Positions 13,401 to 25,400 of a DNA stretch of 64,000 bases are shown piece after piece. This stretch comes from Endomicrobiales bacterium (lineage in GTDB: Bacteria; Elusimicrobiota; Endomicrobiia; Endomicrobiales; CAWCFT01), in assembly GCA_963794945.1 (NCBI GenBank), contig CAWCFT010000002.1:1-64000 (forward strand), read 5' to 3'. The notes under the pieces are model-generated. The model worked only from the letters and a program-made list of their open reading frames with translations, searched no databases and was not told the origin of the DNA. The translations under genes and the position numbers were made by a program. Numbering within the stretch: position 1 is the first letter of the stretch; every line of letters starts with the position of its first letter.

Positions 13401-16400
13401 GACGTAACTAACCCGACAATAAGCGACCCGATGTATGGAGGCGACACAGTATGGCGTTCGACGCCTGCGGCGGGCGGATATAACGTCAATTTCTTTGACG
13501 GCCCTCCTAATGGCTCGCTGCTTAACAGCTTCCAGTTGAAAGTTACGTCAGGCCCAGCACAGACTGGAAGTGTTTACCAGAACTGGGGCTCGAGCGAAAC
13601 ACTCAACATAGGAACCACTTATTATATCAACAGCTGGCAACTCAGCAATAACACGTGGTCGAATATGCAGCAGGGTTACAACTACGTATCTGCATTGGTT
13701 TATGACTATGCTGGGAACTCAAATGAGCTCACAGACGCGTTTTTTGTGTTAAAAGATACAACGCCGCCGCAGATCACGGATAACCAGACAGGAGACAATA
13801 CATGGCGGTCTTCTAACACAGGCGTTTACTCCGTAAGCTTTGTGGACACAGGTGGCAGCAACCTGCAAAGGTTTGAAGTTTCGGCTTCTACATCTGCCTC
13901 GGGCTACCCGCTGCTTAATACGTGGACTACGGTACAGTACAATATAAACTCAGGTTCGTATAACACTCCGTGGCAGATGCCGGCCTCTGTTCTGGCAAAG
14001 CCTGCGCTCGGATGTTACCGATTATATATTCGTCCGCGCGTTCGACAATGCGGTTCCGGCAAATTCATCGGCAACTGTCACGCCGGCATTCTTTGTTCAG
14101 GTTGACACCATCGCTCCAAATATCACTAACAACCAGTCGACACCGCTACCATGGCTAAGCTCAATTTCCGGGCTTAACTGGAGCGTTAATTTCCAGGAAA
14201 CCAACCCGGCACATTGTTCCGGGCTCGATACAGCGCAATGGTCAGCATGGACCGGCCCTGAAATGACTGGAACGCAGGTATGCGGCTGGACAAGCATGTT
14301 CTCAGGCCTCCAGCTTGCGACAACTAACGTCATCTGGAACCCGGGTATTTCGAACTGGAACCTGCTTGCCGCGGGAACGAACTACATTTACCTGCGCGCA
14401 TGGGATATAGCGGGCTCAACGAATACGCTTCCCGACTACGCTTTCACGGTTCGAAAGGATACTTTCGGCCCTACTATCATAAACGATGTTAACGGCTATA
14501 ATACGTGGCTCAGCCAGGACCCGGGACAGATATGGAACACAGGTTTTGCGGACACGCTTTCAGGCCTGGCGACAGCGTATTATGTTATTAATTCGGGGCC
14601 TGCTCTATCAGGCCAAAACATAACACCCAACATACAACTTTTTGCCTTTGCTGGAGCTGGCATCAGCACTACTAATGTTAACTTTGCGCTGCCTGTTTCA
14701 ACGTTCAGCCTGCTAAGCGAAGGAACGTCATACGTAACTGTGACGGCATTTGATAACCTCGGTAACCAGACCACTTTCTATGATATATTCTATATTAGAA
14801 AGGATACCGAAGCTCCTTCATGCCAAGTCATACAGTCTTCTTATACCGCCCACAACCAGCAGGACCTGAACTCTATTAATGTTCAGTTCTTTGATAAAGG
14901 CGGGTCGGGACTGAACTCAATTCAATACAGGATCTGCCCTTCAACTGGCAACGGAACCGCCTATATACTTGACTGGACGAATATCCAAGCACCACCCGTT
15001 GGCACTACATCATATGTACAGCCTTGGACAATACCGTTCTATCCGCTACCCAATAACACGACAAGTTATGTATCTATTCAAGCGTCGGACCTGGCCGGGA
15101 ATACGACTCTTTATGTTGACGCGTTTAGAATATACAAAGTAGCAATAGGACCTGAGATAGTCGACAACCAGATCGGGGATAATACCTGGAGGAATACGCT
15201 TGCAGGTGTCACTTATAACGTTAATTTTGTTTCTAACTCCGGGCTTAACCTCGACAAGTTCGGCATCATGGTAACTACCACAACCGACGGCTCCGGAGTG
15301 AATTACACAACATGGTCAGTAATAGCATCTAACATAGGTGCTCAAAACTATCTTTCAAGCTGGCAGATACAGCCGGACTCCTATTTCTTCAACACATGGC
15401 CGCAGGGGAAAAACTATGTACATGTGCAGGTATCCGACCTTGTGCCTTCAAGCACGACGCTTTATAACGCTTTTTATATCCTGAAAGACACCGCTCCGCC
15501 GTTTATAACAAACTTGCAGCAGAACGCAACTTTCTACGCGAGCTTGGCTGGCATATCTTATAATGTTAATTTCGCAGATGCCGGTATAGGCATATCAACC
15601 GCCCAGTACATGGTTTCGTATTCTTCAACCGACCCGCTTGATACTCAGCTCATGCCATGGACAACTATATTCAGCTCTGCCCCTCAACCAAGCTTCACAA
15701 ACAGCTGGCAGGTGAATTTCGCTTCATTGGCGCAATGGGCAACTAACTACGTTTCGGTACGTTGTTTCGACGGGCTCGGGTATGAGACAACATCTTTCGC
15801 CGTTTTTACAATATTAAAAGACACCACGCCTCCGAACGCATTCAGCCTTCTTTCTCCGCTGACGGCGCCGCCACTAATTACCCGGTGGTATCTTTCTCAT
15901 GGAATTCAACTGCTGACAACGGCCCATCCGGAATTAATGATTACAGGCTGCAGGTTTCCACATCTGCCTCATTTGTGCCGGTTATACTTGACACCTACAC
16001 AACAGGCACATCCATAAATAGTGTAAATCTTGTAAATTCTTCAACGTATTATTGGAGAGCCTGCGCCTTTGACAATGCCGGCAACCAGAGCACTTTTACC
16101 GGACCATGGAGCTTCATTATCGATACCACTCCTCCAACCGTGCCTATACTCGTGTCGCCTCTCAATGGCATGCCTACTGATCAGGTATCGATAGCGTTCT
16201 CATGGTCAGCTCAAGACATTGGGCCAAGCGGCATTAAGAACTATGAAATAACTATATCAACATCAATCACTGATTTCTTTGCATGTTACGATTCGATCAC
16301 AGTGCAAGACCCGGTTTCTGTAACGCTGGCGCTTGGCGCGAACACCTATTACTGGAAAGTCAAAGCAACGGATAACGCAATGAATTCTTCGGTGTATTCG

Positions 16401-19400
16401 TCGACTTCAGTTTTCTTTGTAGACCTGGCCGCCCCGCAGATCTCGTCAAATTCTGTATCGGGAGGAGACCTCACCTGGCGCAACAGCGCTAAAACCGGAG
16501 GTTACAACGTATCTTTCGCCGACCCTGCCGGTTTGCTCAACGCCTATTACACCATATATACAGGCCCGGGCATGACGGGATCTATGTGTAAAGACTGGAC
16601 GCCGATATTCACTAACCTCAATCAGACTACATATACCCAGAGCTGGCAGGTTGATTTCACATCCCTTCAGGAAGGGGGAACGAATTTTGTCTCAGTGAAA
16701 CTTGCAGACACTCTCGGCCACAGCGCTACTTACTATGATATATTCTTTGTGCTTGTCGATCTTACAAAACCATACTTTATCAACAACATGCCCGGCGGCA
16801 GTGATTCTACGTGGAGAAGTTCCGACCCCGGTGCCGTTTACAACGTTAATTTCTTCGACCTGCCGGCTAATGGTTCCAAGCTCTCTAAACTGCAAACCCA
16901 GTGCGTCACCGCTTCCGGCCAGACACTTTGGAACTGGACTGATACCATCACAAATATGAACACCACATCCTATTACAATAACTGGGATGTCTTCTTCTCG
17001 TCCTGTGTTGAAGGACAGAACTATATAAGCCTTCAGATTTTCGACAATGCTTCTAACAGCCAGCAGCTGCCTAACGCTTTCTTCGTGCTTAAAGATACTA
17101 CACCGCCGGTTATCTCCACAGGCTCGTGGGCCCAAAACCAGTGGTACGGAATTCCGCCTACTGTTAACATAGGGTTCAGCGATGCCGCCTCCGGGTCAGG
17201 CGTACAGAGCTTCTCTGTTATAACCTCCACAGCACCTAACATACCGGCGTCAAACTGGACCCTTGTGCAAACCACCAGTACATACTCGTACACCGCCAAC
17301 TGGCAGATACCACAAACGGTCTTTAACAGCATGGCTTCCGGGACAACAAACTACTTCTGGGTAAAAGCCTCGGATTTTGCTTTGAATGTCACTACCTGCC
17401 CCCAGGCTTTCATCGTGATGAAAGACACATCGGGAGTGACTATTGTTAACGGCGAAGCTGCCGGACAGGACTCCGTGTGGCGCTCAACTTCAACCGTGAG
17501 GTCATACAATGTTAATTTCGTTTCGCTAGGTCAGTCGCCTCTTGTAAGCGTGCAATACACGGCTTACACCCAACCGAACAGGCAAGGCACAATGCTGTTT
17601 GACTGGAAAGGTATACCTGAATTCACCGGCAGCGGAACTTCGTTCAATAACTGGCACATAGGCGCCATGGATTTCGCATCGCTTGTCGAATATACTACAA
17701 ACTATATATCCGTACAATGCACAAGCCTTTCAGGCTCAGCCACGACCTACAATGACGTGTTCTTTGTGAAGAAAGATACAACAGCGCCTACGGCGCCGTC
17801 TCTTACGCAACCGCTTAATGCTTCTGCGACCAACCAGACAACCGTGCCGTTCGGGTGGCTCGCCTCAAGCGACCTATCAAGCGGAACAACGTTGTATTAC
17901 ATGGCAGTTTCAACCGCGCCCGACTTCAGCTCGGTCATATTTTCATCTTACACTTCTTCACTTCTTGTAAGAGCTGTTTTGCCTCAGTCAACCTATTACT
18001 GGAAGGCAGAGGCAAAGGATGCGGCGAATAACTGGTCAAGCTACTCATCGCCCTGGACGGTTATTGTTGATACGACACCGCCCAACACCTTCGCGCTCTC
18101 GTCTCCCTTGGATGGTTTGACTACGAACTATATTAGCCCGCAATTCAGTTGGTCATCTACGACAGACAGCGGGCCTTCCGGGCTTTCGTACTACAGGCTT
18201 GATGTTTCTACTTCAACAACATTTGTGCCGCTCTATCTTTCATCAAGCACGCTGTCAACTTCATATACTCTCAACTTCCAGCAGTCGGCAACCTATTATT
18301 GGCAGGTAAAAGCTTTTGACAATGCCGGCAACTCGGTTAATTCAAACTCGTTCCGTACTATAGTCATAGACACGATAGCCCCGGCAGCGCCCCTGCTTAC
18401 ATCACCTATCAATAACTTTACCACCAACTATTCTAATGTGACGCTGACATGGGCAGCAACCGGATACGACCTTACACCAATAAACAACTATGTTGTTCAG
18501 CTATCTACAACGGCTAATTTCTCTACGGTCTATTCTTCAGCTTCAACATCAAGCACCACATATTCCGCGACGCTCAGTGTTTCCAGCACATACTTCTGGC
18601 AGGTGACGGCATACGACACGGCCGGCAACTTCAGCACGAACAATAACATATACAACATTATTTTCGATACGATACCGCCCTCGCAAGGATCGCTATTGTC
18701 GCCTTCCAGCGGCACATGCACGAACACTAACCTGATAAATTTCTCGTGGAATACTTCAACCGATTACGGGCCGGCGGGCACAGCGGGCTACGAACTCCGG
18801 ACCTCAACCGACCCAGCCATGAGCATTTACGTTTCAAGTATTACTTTGCTGACGCAAGCTAGCCTCTCTTACCCGCAGGGCCTCTATTACTGGAAAGTTC
18901 GCGCTTACGACCGCGCGTTCAACTACGGGCTTTTCAGTTCCACATGGTCCGTAATAATAGACACTACAGGCCCAACTCAAATTTCGAGCCTGACGGCCCC
19001 TCTTAATAACCTTACCACAAACCAGATGACGCTAAATTTCTCGTGGGGGGCGATTTCAGAAAGCCCGGCCGGAATGAAAAACTACATACTTCAGGTATCA
19101 ACCGACCCTGCTTTCTCGATCGTGAACTATTCATCTTGGGTAGTGCTGAACTCTGCGGCCATTACGCTTAACCAGTCGTCTTACACGTGGCGAGTAAACG
19201 CGATGGATAACGCTTTGAATTACACAACCTCAACCGCAAAATATTTTGTAACTGTTGACACAACGCCACCCCAGATAACCTTTAACCAGGGAAATACTAC
19301 AGGCTGGATAAACTCAAGCACCATGACAGGAATCGGTTTCGCCGATTCCTTAGTAGGGGTCATGATTTCATCATATACAGCTTGGACAGGCCCGCATAAT

Positions 19401-22400
19401 TCGGGCTCAAATGAAATTAACTGGACCACAATATTCAGTTCATCGCCTGCGCTCGCGGTATACTCAAGCCCATGGGCTGTCAATTTTAATCTGCTTGCGC
19501 CCGGAACGAACTATATTTCGCTAGTATCGCAAAATGCTGCGGGCAATATCACAGGCCTTACCGATGCCTTTTTAATATTAAAAGACACTATACCGCCGGC
19601 AAGCATTACAAACCTCTCGTCATACCAGGGAACATGGCCAACAGACAATGCCGGGTCCGTCACACTTTCTTGGGCTGCACCATCTGATGACGGGCTGACT
19701 GATATATCGAACAAGGCCGTCAGCGGTTACCTTGTTAAATATTCAACTTTTAATTTCACAAGCACAGCAGCGTTCCTGGCTTCCAACGCGACATTCTATC
19801 AGATATGGTCACCGCAGCAGCCTTCCGCTACGGAAACTCATGACGTTACCGGGCTGTTCGAAGGCGCCACCTATTTCATTGGCATTATACCGATAGATAA
19901 AGCCGGCAACTATTCAAATTCAATATCAACAACTTCAAACTGGGCATTGAGGGTCCCGCCGGGCCAGATAACAACACTAAATGCCACTACAGGGTCTTTC
20001 CCAGGCGAGGTTAATCTTACATGGATGGATCCCGGAGATAACTATTATGTAGGGACTTCAAGCGGGTATGTGGTCAAATACGCGACTTTTTCAATAACAA
20101 GTAATGCACTTTTCGCGGCGGCAACTACATTCGCCCAGACTTGGACCCCGCAGGCCGCGAGTACTTACGAACAGTACGTAGTCAACGGTTTAAACCCCGG
20201 AACTTCATATTACTTCGCCATGGAAGCCTATGACGCGGCTTCGAATTATTCTGTTATCTCGAACACCGTTTCGGCCGCCAGCGGCTCCTCCGGGGCGACA
20301 TCAGGCATTATCACATATGGAGACGCGACAAGCGGCTCTCCTGCGTCTCCTTCTTACAGAGAGTGGGTAGCGGCAAATTCCATTTATAACCCTAACCCGC
20401 CTGCCGCTCCCTATAGAGCCCAGGCTGCCGCCTCAACAATAAGGTACGTGCGCCTGCAGTCATGTAACGTTCTGCGCGACCAGAAAATGATGGGTGTGCT
20501 GACCTATAACGGCAACACAGCGCCTAACGGAGATCTTTACCTACAGCTATGGGACGGAACCGCTAACGGCGGCGCAGGCGGCTGGACAAGCCTTGGAATG
20601 ATCAACAGTTCGGAAGGCAATATGTACAGCACTTACAGAGGATTTGACCTTGCCTATGAACAGAATTCCGGTCGTGTACTCGTTTCTTACTTCAACGGTA
20701 CTACCGGGAAATTAAGCTATCAAGTATGGAGCTCAACCCAGGGAGCTTTTGTTGGCTCGGGCACCTTGAACTGCGGAACCCTGACGGGCAGTATTTATTG
20801 GGTCAAGTTGAAATCAAGGCCGGGTTCAGACCAGATAATGGTCGCGGCATCCGACTCCAACTCAGCGCTCTTTGGCGGCATATGGAACGGGCCGACAAAC
20901 AGCTGGATAGTCTCAAGCACAAAAACGTTCTCAACAGCGCTGTCTACCGGTACCAAACAATGTTTTGATATCGCGTGGGAAAACCAATCCGGAAGGGGAA
21001 TGATACTCTGGGGCACAGGGACCACCACGGATTTCGCGCTTTGGTCGTCAACCGCAAACGTATGGCTTTCAACCGGGATTGCGGCAGTGAACATAGGTGT
21101 CGCTGAAAACTGGGCTTCGCTAGCTGCTGACCCCATCTCAAATAGGATAGGGTTCAGCAGTATAGATAGCTCAAAACACTGGTATACCGATATATGGACT
21201 GGAACCGCGTGGAATACTGCGTCAGAACTCAGCACAACGCTTGAAACAAACAACGCAAGGTGCGCCGATATAGCGTGGGAAAATAACTCCGGCAATTGTA
21301 TAGCTGTGTGCGTTAATGTCAGCTCGACATCTATGGAGTGGTCAGAATCTTCAGCGGGCGGCGCATGGTCAGCTCTGGCTAAGGATTCAGCCTATAACTG
21401 GTCAGCCTATATAGCGTATCTTGAACTTATTTCAGACCCGAATACTAATAAAATAATAGCAACCGGCATAGATATCTCGGGGTCTTTGCGCACAAGGAAC
21501 TGGAGCTCAGGCTGGTCCGGAGGCTCAAGCCTTTGCGATACGGTCTCAGGCTGGACAGATGGCACCCTACCAAGCTATATGCCGGCACAGCTCGCGCTCG
21601 ACCTGCAGGATGACGTGCCTCCTATTATTACTGTCACAGGCCAGACGCCACTTCAAGGAGTTTGGATCAACAACAACAATGCCGAAATTTTCTCCGCGGT
21701 GACTTTCACCGATTCTGGAGGGTCGCATCTTGCTCAATTAAATTCAGCTGTTTATACGGGCCCTCAACTGGGTGGAGCAGCGCTAAAATCATTTACTGCC
21801 GGGTCTCCGGAAATAACCGGGATGAACACTGACTCATATTCAACTCCATGGTCTCTTTCCGCCACGACATTCAACCTTCTGCAGAGAGGTCAAAATAACT
21901 ACGTGTCACTTCAAGTGTCGGACGGCGCAGGAAACACTACAAAGTCGTATGATGTGTTCACGGTTTGGAAAGATACAGAACCGCCTCAGATTTCAAGCAC
22001 AACTGTAAACTACGGCTGGCAGAATGCGGGCGTTACATACAGCAATATCAGCATAGCAGACCAGCCGGGCCTTTCCGGCCTTGGCGCGGTTCAGTATTGC
22101 GCCTATACCAGCTCAGCCAATGCCGGCACGCAGGTGTTAAACTGGACAAACTTGCCCATATCGACGGGTTCAACAAGCGCTTACACAGGATTTACTATTG
22201 CCTTTAACCTGCTTGCCGCAAACACCAACTACATAAGCATGAGAGCATGGGATGTGGCGGGAAATACTACCACGGTAACTGACTTTTTTACGGTCTTAAA
22301 GGACACCCAGCCGCCCTCAACTCCAAGTGATTTTACCGCGACCCTTGGCCCTTACCGCGGAACTGTGCTCCTTACATGGACAGCACCCGGTGATGACGGG

Positions 22401-25400
22401 GCCTATGGAAACAATTACACTGGGAATTACATTATAAAATACGCAACTTATTCAATTTCATCGGTAGCGCTTTTTAACGCCTCTACTACATTCATACAGT
22501 ACACACCCGCTGTACCGGCAGGCTCACCGGACTCATTGACACTTTCCGGGCTTGCAACCGGCACGACTTTCTATTTTGCCCTGGAATCGACCAACAAGGC
22601 GAATAACGTTTCAGGCGTCGCTTATTCCGGAGGCATAATGCCCAGGGCAAGTAACATATATATTAACGAGGTATGCCCTACCGCGTCAGGCTCGAACAAC
22701 TGGGTAGAGCTTTACAACAATACCTCATCAAGTTTCTCGCTTACAGGGTGCCAGCTCTACTACAAACAGGGAACTATTGCATCGTCAGTTTCAGAAACAT
22801 CCGTATGGACAGGAGGCACAGGGCTTTCAATCGCTTCAGGAACATTCGTTGTGATACCCGGCCTTACACTGAATGGCAGCGCGTCTTACACCGTTGACTT
22901 AAGAGATTCTTTGAACAGGGTTATAGACCAGGTTCAGTGGCCGGTTATGCCTTCCGGCTACAGTTATTCAAGGATATCTGATGGGAACGCGAATTTCTTT
23001 GAAGCTAACCCTACGCCCACCATGGGTTATGCGAACTCTGTTTCAACGGGCGTTGTATGCATAAATGAGATAAATTACGCCTCGTCGCTGCAAACGATAG
23101 AGCTTTACAACACGTCCTCAACCACGCAGACACTGGTGAACTACATCATCAGGAACTCGAACGGTGTGCCTTTCAGGTTCACAAGAACTATACCGCCTTA
23201 TGGTTTCTCAGGGTTTGATTCTTCTTCAGTTGATAATAGCGGGAACAGCTGGACCGCTTGTTTCGGCGCTTCAGGACTAAAACCAACGGCTGATTTTATA
23301 GCGCTGGTAAGCAGCCCTTCGGGCCAGGTGATCGACCGCGTTACATGGAATGCGGGCTCAAATAACAACTATCTTAACTACCAGACAGTGGGAGTGCCGT
23401 TTGACATGCCAGCGAACGGAGGCATATCTTCTCCAAACACCATCGGCAGGTATCCTGACGGCGCAAACACGTTTAACAATAAGAATGATTTTTCAGTGTA
23501 TTCCGCGCCTTCTTTTGGCGGCAGGAACTATAACCCGACACCTCTTGCTTCCAACAGCGTTGACTATCCCGCGACAGGCACCCGCTTGCCGGCGGCCTTC
23601 AAGATAGATACCGCGCTTGGCTCTAATGTTTCGGCCGGCTACAATAACGCCATCTGGTTCGTTCGAACAGGGGGGACAGCTGATGGTAAATCGCCTCACA
23701 TATTCAGGCTGCAGGACATCGGTTTTAACCTTTCAAGCCTAACTGCCCAAACGACCATTCAGATCGGCTCAGCGCTAAGCGATTTTGACGGAAACAAGCT
23801 TATCAACGGAACCATATACTCGGTCATTTATAATATCGATAACGGCACCAGCGCGGCTCCGCAGATAACGGTCAATTCCGTATACTACGATGCAACGATA
23901 AGTTCCGCTGTTGTATACCCGATAATGTTCCAACAAGTAAATAATGGCGCTATCGCTGGAGTGTACAGGATAGACATAACCAACAACGCGCAATCCGGAG
24001 GCAACAACATTCAGCTTTATGATGTCAAGGCAAGGTTCACTGACGGTTCAGGCAACCCTCTGAACGAGACTCAGGTGCAGAATCTCATAACTAACGTTTG
24101 CCTTGTTGCCGACAACCTTGTTTACGGCACCCTGGGCACTTACCAGCCGGCCATTGACACGGGTACACTTGCTTCTGTAAGCGGCAATTTCATCACTGTT
24201 GATTCTTCCGGATCGATGGATATACCGGTCGCTATGCCCCAGGGCTCATTATCCACGATAGCGCCACAGCAGACACAAACCTACTTCCTGGGTGTAACAA
24301 TGGCCAACAATGCTTCAAACCAGTCACCAAACACGTTTAGGGTTAAAATGATACCCGGCACTGAAACCATATGGCGCGATGCCCCATCCCTTGTAACACA
24401 ACCCACGAATGCAGGCGCAGAAGTATTTGTGCCAAGCCCTTACATAATAGCACCTGCTTCGGCGCCTGCCGGCTCAGTGTACCCGCTGCCTGTAAGTCAG
24501 CCTGGAAAGACTCTTGCTGTATTTGGCCAACCATATATAGACGGAGCCATTAACAACAACTATGCTGCTTCTTCCGACGGTAATATATATATGGTTAGCG
24601 ATAACGGCTCGAGTATGTGGACATTCAATGCTGGCGGGGCAGTAACAACGATCTATGATTCAAACCTTGAAGAAGACGCCCCATACTTATACGCGGGGAC
24701 GAACAGCGGTTTGCTTTATAAACTGCAAAATAACGGCTCGTCCGTTTCACAGGTTTGGCAGTATCCGCTAAACCTTGGTTCAGCAGTTAGTTCGGATATA
24801 ACTTACTACGGCGGGACTGCTAACACGCCATACTTGTACGTAGGGACGAATGACGGACATCTATATAAAATAGATAACGGCGGCAACCTTGTCTCCGGAT
24901 GGATCACTTCCCCGGGCATAAACGGCGGCATGTTCGGCTATCCCGTAATAGACCCAAGCACTACATTGAACGACAACGGTGTATGGCTCGGAACCTCCGG
25001 TGGCTCATTCTATAGGGTAAATAACGGCGATAATGGAAGCATTACGGCCTCATCCACAACCGCACCTTCGATCCATACTTCACCTTTCTTAACGGTTGGC
25101 AGCAGCACTCACTTGATCTATTACGGCGACGACAGCGGAACGTTAAGGTGCCGCTACGCTTCAAATCTCAACAGTATACCGGCGGGCTGGACCGACGTCC
25201 ATGTAAGTTCGCCCATAAGGAGTTCGCCGTATGTTGATTCTGGCTACCCTGGGGCTACCAACGCTATTTATTTCGGCTGTGACAACGGCAAATTCTACAA
25301 AGTTGACGTTTCAAGCGGCGGTATATACTGGACATACCAGACGAACGGGCCTATACGCACCTCTCCTGTCGTTGGCAATAATGACGATGTGTATTTCGGT

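Noticed and set aside
782..22310. Bacteroidota-type O-glycosylation sequons (DTT/DTV/DTI) at module boundaries
   Set aside because: DTxPP is a generic linker of bacterial Ig/FN3 repeats, so it is not evidence on its own.
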